64,000 bases of DNA from Myxococcota bacterium. GTDB lineage: Bacteria > Myxococcota_A > SURF-8. The DNA lies in assembly GCA_965140415.1 (NCBI GenBank), contig OZ223209.1, positions 2,336,001 through 2,400,000 of the forward strand. The letters run 5' to 3'. A program made the position numbers and the translations under genes. This document shows positions 20,198 to 29,661 of the stretch, piece after piece (position 1 is the stretch's first letter; every line of letters starts with the position of its first letter). Under the pieces are notes generated by a model. That model was not told where the DNA came from, did not search any database, and saw only the letters and a list, made by a program, of their open reading frames with translations.

Positions 20198-21055
20198 TTA
20201 TTTTTCAATATCCCGATGCCGAACCGCGACATGGTATTCCGGCATCTTCGTTTGTAAAAACTTTTCCAATGCGCGCACAAGCGATACCGAACGGTGTTTG
20301 CCGCCGGTACATCCGATCGCGATGGTGAGATAGCTCTTGCCCTCGTAATCGAAAAGAGGGATGCTGAAACCGAGCAGTCCCTCGATGTGATTCAGCAAGA
20401 CCTGGGTGTGTTCGCAAGAGGTTACGTAGTCGAAGACCTCCTGATCGTTACCTGTTTTGCGCTTCAATTCCGCCACGAAATAGGGATTTGGCAGAAAGCG
20501 GGCGTCGAACATCAGATCCGCTTCTAAGGGAACGCCGTACTTGTAGCCGAACGACAGTAGAATGACGTTCAATGTTTCAGAAGAATGCGCCTGATCGATA
20601 TAGCCTTGTATCTGGCGCTTGAGTTCGTGGACGGTCAATGCGGAGGTGTCGATCATTCGAGTGGCCGCAATACGCAAGGGTTCCAACAGGCGTTTTTCCG
20701 ATTCCAGTGCGTCCACGATACTGATATTTCCTAAAGGATGCTTTCTGCGCGTTTCACTGAAGCGTCGAATCAGGGCTTGATCGTTGGTGTCCAGGTAGAT
20801 CACCTCGACCTGGTGCCCCGCTTCCGACATCTGCCGGGTGGCCGCATCGAACCCGTCTAAAAAGGTACGCTCGCGTGAATCGATTCCCAATACAACCGCA
20901 TCCAGTTCCTGCCCGGAGTTGGACAATGAATCGACAAGAGTCGGAATGAGTGTGGAGGGGAGGTTGTCTACGCAGAAAAAGCCTCGATCTTCAAATGCTC
21001 GGATCGCCGTGGATTTTCCCGACCCGGACAGTCCTGTTACTACGATGATGCGCAT
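20198..21055 (-). CDS. rapZ: RNase adapter / P-loop nucleotide-binding protein RapZ (YvcJ)
   Basis: VTGLSGSGKS, GFFCVDNLP, RRFSETRRKHP, SFGYKYGVP, IGCTGGKHRSV. Confidence 0.96.
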   Translation of the reverse strand: MRIIVVTGLSGSGKSTAIRAFEDRGFFCVDNLPSTLIPTLVDSLSNSGQELDAVVLGIDSRERTFLDGFDAATRQMSEAGHQVEVIYLDTNDQALIRRFSETRRKHPLGNISIVDALESEKRLLEPLRIAATRMIDTSALTVHELKRQIQGYIDQAHSSETLNVILLSFGYKYGVPLEADLMFDARFLPNPYFVAELKRKTGNDQEVFDYVTSCEHTQVLLNHIEGLLGFSIPLFDYEGKSYLTIAIGCTGGKHRSVSLVRALEKFLQTKMPEYHVAVRHRDIEK

Positions 21056-21074
21056 GGATACTCCAATCGAATGC

Positions 21075-22061
21075 TTATTCGATTTCTTTATTGATTTTTG
21101 CTTCGAACACAGGGCGTTCCCCCGTCATCCGTTCGCGGATCATGTTTGCGTCCAATCGTTTCTGGAATGCAAGCGCCGAATCGATCCCGCGTTCCTGTAG
21201 CAGGTAGTTGCGTGCGGCGACTTCTACGATAGCCGCCATGTTGCGACCGTGAGTGACCGGAATCGTGATCAGCGGGAGTTCATTGTCCAGAATCGGGTAG
21301 GTTTTGTGTTCCAAACCCAGACGGTCGATTTCCACGTTGCCATCCCATTGAACCAGTTCCAACACAAGGTCGATGCGCTTGCGGTCGCGAACGGCGGTGA
21401 CGCCGAATAGTTCTGCAACATTCAGAATGCCCAAGCCTCGGATTTCCATATGATGCTGGGTCAGGGCCGAGCAGGAACCCCACAATGTCGCAGGATAGGC
21501 TTTCTTGACCTGCACGACATCATCGGCTACCAGACGGTGTCCCTTCAGCAGCAGTTCCAAGGCGCATTCGCTTTTACCCACGCCCGATTTCCCGATGATC
21601 AACACTCCCACACCGATGACATCGAGTAAGACTCCGTGAATGGTGGTGGAGCTTGAAAGGTTGTTTTCCAGAAAGCGTGTAAGTTGCAGAATGAATGTGG
21701 AGGTGATCGTATAGGTGCCTAAAACCGGGATATCGTTTTCCTCTGAAACCGCGAGAATAGAGGGCAGGGCGGGTAGTCCGCGCGTAACGATCAGGCACGG
21801 AATGTCCTGCTGTACCAATTTGGTCAGTACCTCGTGCTGGGTTTCTTCCGGAATAGAAGCCAAGTAGCTCAGTTCATTTTGACCCAGAATCTGGATGCGC
21901 TGTTTATGAACGTTTTCGAACAGACCGGTCAATACCAGTCCCGACTTCTGGATGCGGTACCGGGTGATGCGCCGCCCCAAACCGTTTGCTCCGCCCAGCA
22001 GTTTCAAGCCGAGAGCGTCTTCCTTGGTTTCGAGCAAATCGTTTACCGTCAATTGAATCAT
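21075..22061 (-). CDS. hprK: HPr(Ser) kinase/phosphorylase
   Basis: HGVLLDVIGVGVLIIGKSGVGKSECALEL, LVADD, MEIRGLGI, GRNMAAIVEVAA. Confidence 0.96.
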   Translation of the reverse strand: MIQLTVNDLLETKEDALGLKLLGGANGLGRRITRYRIQKSGLVLTGLFENVHKQRIQILGQNELSYLASIPEETQHEVLTKLVQQDIPCLIVTRGLPALPSILAVSEENDIPVLGTYTITSTFILQLTRFLENNLSSSTTIHGVLLDVIGVGVLIIGKSGVGKSECALELLLKGHRLVADDVVQVKKAYPATLWGSCSALTQHHMEIRGLGILNVAELFGVTAVRDRKRIDLVLELVQWDGNVEIDRLGLEHKTYPILDNELPLITIPVTHGRNMAAIVEVAARNYLLQERGIDSALAFQKRLDANMIRERMTGERPVFEAKINKEIE

Positions 22062-22079
22062 GAACGGCTCCCGCCCGGA

Positions 22080-22538
22080 TTATTGATGTTTCTGAATGAG
22101 TTCGAAGATTTCCTCTGCGGTTTCGCAGGTTAACACGTTTTCCCTGAAGCTTTCGTTCTGGCAGAGTCTGGAAATCAGTGAAAGCGCTTGCAAATGGATT
22201 CCCGCCGCGTTTTCCGGAGCAATGAGAAGAAAGAAAATATGTGCCGGCTGATCGTCCATCGAGTCGAAATTGACCCCCTTCTTGCTCAAACCGAATACAC
22301 ACAGCAAGTTGTCCAGTCCGGGCATTTTGCAGTGAGGAATGGCGACGCCATGGCCAATACCGGTGCTGCCCAGCTTTTCTCTCGCTGTGATGGCTGTTGC
22401 GACCTTCTGCTCATCGACGAACGGATACACGTTTTTTACCCATTCGCTCAGTTCTTTGATGACTGCAACTTTATCTGTCGAAACAAGCGCAGGCTGAATC
22501 GCTTCGACAGCGAGAAAATCATTCATCGTCAATGCCAT
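22080..22538 (-). CDS. ptsN: PTS EIIA, nitrogen-regulatory type
   Basis: REKLGSTGIGHGVAIPH, FDSMDDQPAHIFFLL; directly downstream of rpoN. Confidence 0.9.
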   Translation of the reverse strand: MALTMNDFLAVEAIQPALVSTDKVAVIKELSEWVKNVYPFVDEQKVATAITAREKLGSTGIGHGVAIPHCKMPGLDNLLCVFGLSKKGVNFDSMDDQPAHIFFLLIAPENAAGIHLQALSLISRLCQNESFRENVLTCETAEEIFELIQKHQ

Positions 22539-22556
22539 AAAACGTAGCCTCGTTTT

Positions 22557-24092
22557 CTAATAGGTTTTACGTCGTCCGGATGAAGAAAGAATTCCCAGCA
22601 TCTCGCGATATTTCGCAACGGTGCGACGAGCCACATTGACCCCTTCCTCTTTCAGAATCTGTGCGAGTTTCTGATCCGAAAGGGGTTTGCTTGGATTTTC
22701 TTCATCGACAAGCTGACGGATGCGATCCTTGATGGATTCACTTGAGACGCCTTCGCCTTCGGTATTGGTTACACCGCTGGTAAAGAAGTATTTCAGCTCG
22801 AAAATGCCCTGGGGAGTGTGAACGTACTTGTTTGTCGTAACGCGACTTACGGTGCATTCGTGCATCCCGATATCTTCCGCGATATCCCGAAGCACCATCG
22901 GTCTCAAATCGCTTACACCGTTATCAAGGAAGTCCCGCTGCTGAGTGACAATGGATTCCGTTACTTTATAAATGGTTCGCTGACGCTGCTGAATGGAGCG
23001 AATCAGCCAGGCTGCGGAACGAAGTTTTCCTCTGAGATAATCTTTGGTATCGCGCGTGTTGCTTTTATCGTGCAGAGCACGCTGATAATACCCACTCAAC
23101 CTCAATTTAGGTAAGCCATCGTCGTTGAGTTGGATATGGTATTCATCCCCGACTTTGTACACATAGATATCCGGCGTGATGTATTCCGCCTGCTCACCGA
23201 CGTATTGTGATCCCGGTTTGGGGTCTAGGCTTGTGATCGCGCGCATGGCTTCTTCGATATCAGCCTTGCTGACTTTCAACGCCTTGGCAAGTTTCGGAAT
23301 GTTGCGCTTACGCACCAGATCCCAATGCTCTTCAAGAACCCGAGAGGCCAGTGCATGTCGCTTTTCGCTGAATTTTGCCTGTGCCATCAAGCATTCACGC
23401 AGATCGCGAGCGGCTACTCCGATTGGATCGAAACGGAGAATGAACGAATGTACTTTCTGAACCGATTCAAGCGGAACTTCCAATTGCTCGGCGATGTTTT
23501 CCAGGCTGATGTCAGACAAGTATCCGTCATCATTAAGGTTTCCGATAATTTCTTCCCCAATGGGATGCAAGTCCTGGTCCAAGCTGGAAAAGCGGAGTTG
23601 CCAAAGCAGGTAGTCTCCCAGGGTCGTTTCCTTGGTGAGGAACTGTTCGAAGCCTGCTTTGTCTTCATCTCCCGTGTCACGCGGGAGGATGTCGGATGGA
23701 CCATCCATGTAGGAGTCGAAATAGCTATCCCAATCCATGTCCGGTTCGCTGGATTGGCTTTGCTCTTCCATTGCTTTCTGGAGATCGCTGGCGACTTGCG
23801 AATCGGGATCGGCCTGGTCGGCTCCGGCTAATGTTGGGGTTTCATTTCCTTGAGTCGGCTGCTCGGGAGTGACGGCATCTTCCTGCATGCCAAGATCGGA
23901 GCTGTCTTGGTTGGTTTCTTCGTTGGGTTCCAGATCTGACATTTCCAGAGTTGGGTTCTGTTCCAGCTCCTCGTGGATCATTTGCTCCATTTCCAGTCGA
24001 GTCATTTGCAGCAATTTGATTGCCATCTGCAACTGGGGAGTCAATATCAGTTGTTGGCTGAGCTTTTGTGTAAGCTCAAGCTTCAATGCCAT
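22557..24092 (-). CDS. rpoN: RNA polymerase sigma-54 factor
   Basis: LTPQLQMAIKLLQ, DPIGVAARDLRECL, HECTVSRVT, RpoN box ARRTVAKYRE. Confidence 0.98.
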   Translation of the reverse strand: MALKLELTQKLSQQLILTPQLQMAIKLLQMTRLEMEQMIHEELEQNPTLEMSDLEPNEETNQDSSDLGMQEDAVTPEQPTQGNETPTLAGADQADPDSQVASDLQKAMEEQSQSSEPDMDWDSYFDSYMDGPSDILPRDTGDEDKAGFEQFLTKETTLGDYLLWQLRFSSLDQDLHPIGEEIIGNLNDDGYLSDISLENIAEQLEVPLESVQKVHSFILRFDPIGVAARDLRECLMAQAKFSEKRHALASRVLEEHWDLVRKRNIPKLAKALKVSKADIEEAMRAITSLDPKPGSQYVGEQAEYITPDIYVYKVGDEYHIQLNDDGLPKLRLSGYYQRALHDKSNTRDTKDYLRGKLRSAAWLIRSIQQRQRTIYKVTESIVTQQRDFLDNGVSDLRPMVLRDIAEDIGMHECTVSRVTTNKYVHTPQGIFELKYFFTSGVTNTEGEGVSSESIKDRIRQLVDEENPSKPLSDQKLAQILKEEGVNVARRTVAKYREMLGILSSSGRRKTY

Positions 24093-24165
24093 GTTTTCAC
24101 CCTACTCGATCAGTTTCCGGTACGTGTTTACAACCGCGAATCTTTAAAACGATCACGTTGGCATC

Positions 24166-24194
24166 ATATTAGCATACAGCTTTCAGTCATCCAA
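24166..24194 (-). promoter_or_regulatory. Candidate internal sigma70 promoter for rpoN
   Basis: Minus strand TTGGAT-N17-TAATAT with TGn extension. Confidence 0.45.
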
Positions 24195-24944
24195 ATGAAA
24201 TTCATGTCCCAGGTAGCGTTCTCGCACAATTTCAGAGGCTGCAACGGTTTCCGGCGAACCGCTACAAATGACTTTTCCCTCGTTCAATACAATGGCTCTG
24301 TTACAAATGCGCAGTGTTTCCCTTACGTTATGGTCAGTGATCAAGATTCCCAATCCTTCCTTGGCCAGATCGAGCAATGAAGATTGAATCCGTTGCACCG
24401 TAATCGGATCTACACCTGCTAGGGGTTCGTCGCAAAGAAGCACTCGCGGATTCAAGCAGAGCAGGCGAGCGATTTCCAGGCGGCGACGTTCTCCACCGGA
24501 AAGTGACTCCGCTTTGTCAAAACGATGGGCTTGCAGTTCGAAGCGTTGCAGTAATTCCTGGATGATGGCAAGAGCCTGCTGCTTTGGAACACCGTTTTCT
24601 TCCAGTGGCAGTTCCAGATTCTCTTGAACGTTCAAACGCCTGAACAGAGCAGGTTCTTGGGGTAAGTATCCCAGTCCTTGCTTGGCTCTCCTACTTAAAG
24701 GTAAGTCGCTGACTGTTTTTCCGTTTAAGTGTACAGAGCCGGTCTTCAAGGGTAATAGTCCTGCCAATAAGCGGATGCAAGTGGTTTTACCCGCTCCGTT
24801 GGATCCGAGCAGGCCGACCACTTCTCCCGGATACACTTCCAGCGACACATCACAAAGCACTTCTTTTTTACGGTAGCGATGGGTCAGGTTGCTCCCTTTT
24901 ATGACCGGAGAGCGTGCTGATGAAGGTTTGTCTTGTGGATTCAT
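24183..24944 (-). CDS. lptB: LPS export ABC ATPase
   Basis: GLLGSNGAGKTT, GLGYLPQE, LSGGERRRLEIAR, DEPLAGVDPI, GILITDHNVRETL; lptA-lptB-rpoN synteny. Confidence 0.93.
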   Translation of the reverse strand: MNPQDKPSSARSPVIKGSNLTHRYRKKEVLCDVSLEVYPGEVVGLLGSNGAGKTTCIRLLAGLLPLKTGSVHLNGKTVSDLPLSRRAKQGLGYLPQEPALFRRLNVQENLELPLEENGVPKQQALAIIQELLQRFELQAHRFDKAESLSGGERRRLEIARLLCLNPRVLLCDEPLAGVDPITVQRIQSSLLDLAKEGLGILITDHNVRETLRICNRAIVLNEGKVICSGSPETVAASEIVRERYLGHEFHLDD

Positions 24945-25504
24945 GGGTTGTTTTCCGGCATCGGCTTGGGAAGTTGAATTTTAGCTGCGGCGCTATCGAC
25001 CTCGATTTTGCCACTGTTTAAAAAGAAGCGAATGTGTTTCCCGGTAATATGTTGAGCGCCGTTTTGCACTGCCGGAGAATCCGAGAATACCAACAACTGA
25101 GAACTCGACTCGTACGTCAGCTTGCCTGCGGTGGCGTTCCAGACTTGATGCTGAAGGCGGACGTTTCCCCGTGCGAGCATGGATTGAATCTGTCCGGCAT
25201 CGTTGCACACCAGGCTCAGTTCATCCGACTGCAACCGGATGTTTTTTTGGGAAACCGTGACCTTGCCACGGAAAAGAATCGCGCCTTGCTTGTCAGTCGG
25301 GTTGAATTCCAATTGGTCGCTCGTAATTTCAATCGGTTGATCCTGCGAAAAGAGACTTTCCGGTCCCTGCCATGGAAAGAGGGAACGATCGGCTAAAAGC
25401 GGGGTCGTTAACAGGAGCACAAAAAATGCGATGGCGATCCCTATCCTTGCCGGGCGTGGGACCGGATTCGCTTTCAGCAATGACACTAAAGAGGGGACGT
25501 TCAT
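24941..25504 (-). CDS. lptA: LptA/OstA-family periplasmic LPS transport protein
   Basis: PIEITSDQL...FRGKVTVSQ...ARGNVRL beta-jellyroll pattern; overlaps the lptB start. Confidence 0.8.
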   Translation of the reverse strand: MNVPSLVSLLKANPVPRPARIGIAIAFFVLLLTTPLLADRSLFPWQGPESLFSQDQPIEITSDQLEFNPTDKQGAILFRGKVTVSQKNIRLQSDELSLVCNDAGQIQSMLARGNVRLQHQVWNATAGKLTYESSSQLLVFSDSPAVQNGAQHITGKHIRFFLNSGKIEVDSAAAKIQLPKPMPENNP

Positions 25505-25522
25505 ACTAGCGCTGTCCTTTTT

Positions 25523-26137
25523 CTAAAATCGGGTGAAGTGTGACGGAAACGTCTTCAAGCGAAGTCGGGACGAATTTTCAAACGAGCCTGCTGCTTTCGA
25601 TGCCGCACAGGAAAGTCCATCCCATCGCACGCGAAGGTTTCCTTCTGCACTCCATGTTTTGTGATCAATGTCAACCATCATTAGTTCGCTTTCCATGCGA
25701 CTCGACGTTCCCCATTCGAACTGGACGCCTTTGTCTAGTAGCAGCTCATTCGTTTTTTGATTCCATTTGCCACGGTTAGCCTTCAAGAGCCATGACGGAG
25801 AGGAGTGTAAGCCGTCTGCGAAAGATGGGGACAGTTTCAAGTCATAGAGCTGAAATGCATCCATTGCGGCATTGGAACTCAAGGTTTCTGCTTGAAATAG
25901 GATGAACCCATTGTCCAGCGGGATTTTCCACAGCAAACCTTCCGCGCTGATTGCCGGGCGCTGATCGCCTTTCTGAGAAGCATGTATGGTTTCAGAAGAC
26001 GATGAAGCTTCTTGGATCTCCTGGCTGACGGGAATGGACGGGGAGCAGGCATATGGCAGAAACAGCAGTCCCATTCCCAATAACAAGGTCGCTAACCGGA
26101 ATTGCCGGAATCGTTTGTGAGTACTTGGAGCGATCAT
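25523..26137 (-). CDS. lptC: Probable LptC-like protein (divergent)
   Basis: N-terminal hydrophobic anchor; LKANRGKWNQKTNELLLDKGV-type jellyroll; position upstream of lptA. Confidence 0.55.
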   Translation of the reverse strand: MIAPSTHKRFRQFRLATLLLGMGLLFLPYACSPSIPVSQEIQEASSSSETIHASQKGDQRPAISAEGLLWKIPLDNGFILFQAETLSSNAAMDAFQLYDLKLSPSFADGLHSSPSWLLKANRGKWNQKTNELLLDKGVQFEWGTSSRMESELMMVDIDHKTWSAEGNLRVRWDGLSCAASKAAGSFENSSRLRLKTFPSHFTRF

Positions 26138-26224
26138 GCGACCATTGTAATTGCAAACGAAAGGCTGGCAAGAATAAAGAGGGGGAAGATTGGCTGTTAC
26201 AGAAAAAGACGAAAGGACTTCCTG

Positions 26225-26671
26225 CTAAAGCTGGCGCATACGAATGATGAGAATCAGGACTCCCTTCTCGTGACGCGGACCTCCCAGGATGATCGTTCCT
26301 CCGTCTTTCAGGCGGAAGTCGGTTTCGATCAGGCCGGGTATGGAAAGTTGCACTTTGATGCGTTGTTCCGAATCTTTTTCCAGCGGAGTCAATTTGAGAG
26401 CGCGTCCGCCGGGGAGCGTCATGTCGACAGGTTGCTTGTAGGTGCTGGCCTTTTTGTGGTTGGCTTCCAACCGATACAGTGTGAAGTCGAACAGACCGGC
26501 CAGGCGTTCATGTAGGTTTTCAAGTTTCGGATCGACCCATTTTCCCGTTTTGGAGGCGTAGACTACCGTGACTTCGCTTTCGATATCTCCGGCATAAACC
26601 GGTCCGGCCAACGCGCACAGCAGCGCGGTTATGGCGATCAGAAAGCAAAAGTAGCGGGTCGTACAAGTCAT
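26225..26671 (-). CDS. Secreted hypothetical protein, third gene of the ECF locus
   Basis: Signal peptide ending VYA-G; co-oriented after the anti-sigma gene. Confidence 0.7.
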   Translation of the reverse strand: MTCTTRYFCFLIAITALLCALAGPVYAGDIESEVTVVYASKTGKWVDPKLENLHERLAGLFDFTLYRLEANHKKASTYKQPVDMTLPGGRALKLTPLEKDSEQRIKVQLSIPGLIETDFRLKDGGTIILGGPRHEKGVLILIIRMRQL

Positions 26672-26714
26672 CTGGTTAGTTCTGTCTCATTTCCGATTGA
26701 AATTGTGTTCCTTT

Positions 26715-27236
26715 TCAATTCACACTGCGTTCCTGGTTTTCTTCCTCGAATACCCAGATCACGGTAACGGGTTCTTCCTTTTCCTGTTTGGGTTCGGCCT
26801 CGAATACAATGGCGGTGCTGTTGGTGTTTTCAAGTCGCTCAACGACGCAATCGCTTCCTAATAGGGAGATTGATTCGTCCCGATCAATTCCTCCTGGATA
26901 AAACTGTAGACCGAGTACCACAACTGCCAGACCGGCAAGCCCCAGCGCCAGGTTGTAACGTTGTTTTATGAGGTTCCATACGGACGGCTTCGGCTGGGTG
27001 TCTGTCTCGATTTGTTGCATGACGGATGCCGCAAAGTTGGGGAAATGTACGGCATCACAAGCCTTTTCTGTGTCTTTCCTCACACCCGACTGAAGGCTTT
27101 CCATAAAGACCAACTCTTCGTTGAGGGCGTCGTTTTCCTTAAGCTGTTGCTCGAGATATGCAACTTCCTCCGGCGAGAGTTCTCCATTTCTGGAACGATC
27201 CAAAAGGGTTAGAATGTCGATGGGACGATCAGACAT
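26715..27236 (-). CDS. Putative anti-sigma factor (single TM)
   Basis: N-terminal GELSPEEVAYLEQQL helix, one hydrophobic segment, starts 1 nt after the ECF sigma stop. Confidence 0.7.
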   Translation of the reverse strand: MSDRPIDILTLLDRSRNGELSPEEVAYLEQQLKENDALNEELVFMESLQSGVRKDTEKACDAVHFPNFAASVMQQIETDTQPKPSVWNLIKQRYNLALGLAGLAVVVLGLQFYPGGIDRDESISLLGSDCVVERLENTNSTAIVFEAEPKQEKEEPVTVIWVFEEENQERSVN

Positions 27237-27237
27237 G

Positions 27238-27837
27238 TTATTCGTCCTCTCCATGTAAGTAGACGCGCATCAGCCGCTTCATTTTCTGGCGTGCATGAAA
27301 GAGCCGTGACATTACCGTGCCAATGTTGCAATTCATCGCTTCCGCCATTTCGTCATAGCTCAATCCTTCCAATTCTCGTAGCACCAACGCTGTGCGATGA
27401 ATCTCCGATAGGCGCTCCATGCAGGCATTGATGCAAGTCGCCAACTCTTTGTTTTCCAGGTCTCGGGCAGGATTTCCGCCTGTTTGCTGGAAGGTGCTCC
27501 ACTCGCAATCGCTGTCGTCGAGTTGACGTGTATCATCGTGCGGCGCGGCAGCATGTTTCTTTCGCTGATTGACCGAATCGATCGCCAAATTGACGGTGAT
27601 TCGGTAAATCCAGGTATAAAACGTCGAATCGCCTTTAAAGCCAGGCAGACTTTTATAGGCCCGTAAAAAAGCTTCCTGGCTGATATCCAACGCATCTTGC
27701 TGGTTCCGCACGATACCGTACGCGATGCCAAAGACCTTTCGCTGGTATTGTTTTACCAGCGTTTCAAAAGCCCGCTTATCACCGTTTTGACAGCGGACGA
27801 TGAGTTGTGACTCGGTCGAATCCATGGACCTCGCCAA
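27238..27837 (-). CDS. ECF RNA polymerase sigma-70 factor (RpoE-like)
   Basis: DISQEAFLRAY, FYTWIYRITVN, LVLRELEGLSYDEMA, GTVMSRLFHAR. Confidence 0.93.
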   Translation of the reverse strand: MARSMDSTESQLIVRCQNGDKRAFETLVKQYQRKVFGIAYGIVRNQQDALDISQEAFLRAYKSLPGFKGDSTFYTWIYRITVNLAIDSVNQRKKHAAAPHDDTRQLDDSDCEWSTFQQTGGNPARDLENKELATCINACMERLSEIHRTALVLRELEGLSYDEMAEAMNCNIGTVMSRLFHARQKMKRLMRVYLHGEDE

Positions 27838-27935
27838 TCAATCAGTAAATATGACCCTAAACTACCAAGAATATTCACACTGCACAGATAAAAAAAGTGA
27901 AAGCGTTTTCACAAGATAGCAAGGATACCTTCAAA

Positions 27936-27960
27936 AACGAACACTTTTTATCCCGGTTGC
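27936..27960 (-). promoter_or_regulatory. Candidate ECF-type autoregulatory promoter
   Basis: Minus strand GCAAC-N16-CGTT about 100 nt upstream of the ECF sigma gene. Confidence 0.35.
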
Positions 27961-28047
27961 TGTTCCAAGATTGCAACAAACTACCATTTCCCCCTCCGAT
28001 TACCGGAAAGTCGGAAACACAAAAGCTATCTTATCAAAATCAAACCT

Positions 28048-28076
28048 TTGACTGCAAGAGAAGGAATCATTATAAT
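28048..28076 (+). promoter_or_regulatory. Sigma70 promoter of cysK
   Basis: TTGACT-N17-TATAAT, near consensus. Confidence 0.7.
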
Positions 28077-28189
28077 TCTGCCGTCAAGCAGGGAACACAC
28101 AGATGGTGTTGCTCATGGAACTTATAAAAGCATTCGCCGATGTTTGCTGGCGAAATGACCTCGTGGTGTACGAGGGAATGGAGACTTAA

Positions 28190-29101
28190 ATGAAGACGAT
28201 GAATGTACTTGATTTAATTGGGAATACTCCGATGATCGAGATTCCCAGTTTACTTTCTTCGACGATTTATGCCAAGGCGGAGTTTTTGAATCCGGGCGGA
28301 TCGGTCAAGGACCGCATTGCATTGCACCTGATCAATAAGGCCATCGAGGATGGTTCTTTGAAACCCGGTGATATCATTGTGGAAGCGACCAGTGGTAATA
28401 CCGGAATCGGCGTGGCGCTGGTAGGAATTCGAAAGGGCTTCAAAGTGGTGATCGTGATGCCCGAATCGATGAGTGAAGAGCGCAAGAAGATTATTCGTGC
28501 GTTGGGTGCGGAACTGGTCCCGACTCCGGCAGGCAAAAGCATTCAGGGTGCAGTCGATAAAGCTCAGGAAATCAAAGAACGCAATAAAAACGTTTGGATT
28601 ATGAACCAGTTCGGGAATCCCTACAATCCCGAAGCTCATTATGTTGGGACCGGACCGGAAATCTGGGAGCAGATGGAAGGTCGCGTGGATGCCTTCGTGG
28701 CAGGTGTCGGCAGCGGTGGCTCGTTGCAAGGCGTTGGTAAGTTCCTGAAAGAGAAGAACCCGGACTTGCGGATCATCGCGGTGGAGCCGGAAGGCGCAAG
28801 CGCCTTATTGGGAGAAGAGCCGGGTTTGCACCGTATTCATCAGATTCAGGGAATCGGGGATGGTTTTATTCCGGATGTGCTCGACACCAAGATGATCGAT
28901 CAGGTGGTTTGCGTGACGGATGATGACGCCATTTACACCACGCGCATGCTGGCGCGTCGCGAAGGTGTATTGGTAGGGACTTCATCTGGTGCGAACATGT
29001 GGGCCGCGCGAAAAGTGGCCGAAGAGATGGGGAACGGAGCGCGGGTTGCTACGATTTTACCGGATCGCGCCGAGCGCTACTTCAGCACTGCATTGATTTA
29101 G
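28190..29101 (+). CDS. cysK: Cysteine synthase A
   Basis: KAEFLNPGGSVKDRIA (PLP lysine), EATSGNTG, GVGSGG, IQGIGDG, PDRAERYFST. Confidence 0.95.
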   Translation: MKTMNVLDLIGNTPMIEIPSLLSSTIYAKAEFLNPGGSVKDRIALHLINKAIEDGSLKPGDIIVEATSGNTGIGVALVGIRKGFKVVIVMPESMSEERKKIIRALGAELVPTPAGKSIQGAVDKAQEIKERNKNVWIMNQFGNPYNPEAHYVGTGPEIWEQMEGRVDAFVAGVGSGGSLQGVGKFLKEKNPDLRIIAVEPEGASALLGEEPGLHRIHQIQGIGDGFIPDVLDTKMIDQVVCVTDDDAIYTTRMLARREGVLVGTSSGANMWAARKVAEEMGNGARVATILPDRAERYFSTALI

Positions 29102-29105
29102 GGGA

Positions 29106-29603
29106 GTGATGACTATCAACATACGACCAGCTACCCCTTCGGATTGGGCGATCATCGTTGAATATAATTGTGCGTTGGCGTTTGAAACCGAAGATAAGGT
29201 GTTGAATAAACAGCTGATTATCCCTGGCGTGAAAGCCTTGCTGGCCGATGCGGGTAAAGGTTTGTATCGTCTGGCGGAAACGAATGGGCAAGTTGTCGGT
29301 CAATTGATGCTGACCTACGAATGGAGCGACTGGCGTAACGGTTGGTTCTGGTGGATTCAGTCGGTGTACGTGCATCCCGATTTTCGGCGTAAAGGCGTGT
29401 ATCGTTCGTTGTATGAAGCTCTGCACGAGGAAGCCACCCGCCGGGAGGATGTCTGTGGCATTCGCTTGTATGTCGATCAGGAAAATCATCGTGCCCAGAA
29501 AACCTATCGAGCTTTGGCAATGCAGGCCGCTCATTACGACCTGTATGAAGTCGATTTCCATTTTAACGATCACGAGTCCGTCAGCGACAATCGGGAAGAG
29601 TGA
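29106..29603 (+). CDS. GNAT-family N-acetyltransferase
   Basis: TYEWSDWRNG, IQSVYVHPDFRRKGVYRSL, N..AQKTY. Confidence 0.9.
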   Translation: MMTINIRPATPSDWAIIVEYNCALAFETEDKVLNKQLIIPGVKALLADAGKGLYRLAETNGQVVGQLMLTYEWSDWRNGWFWWIQSVYVHPDFRRKGVYRSLYEALHEEATRREDVCGIRLYVDQENHRAQKTYRALAMQAAHYDLYEVDFHFNDHESVSDNREE

Positions 29604-29661
29604 CGATTCTTTTTCGGGCGATTCGGTTCGAAATAAACCTGAATAATGAACGGGTGGTGTC

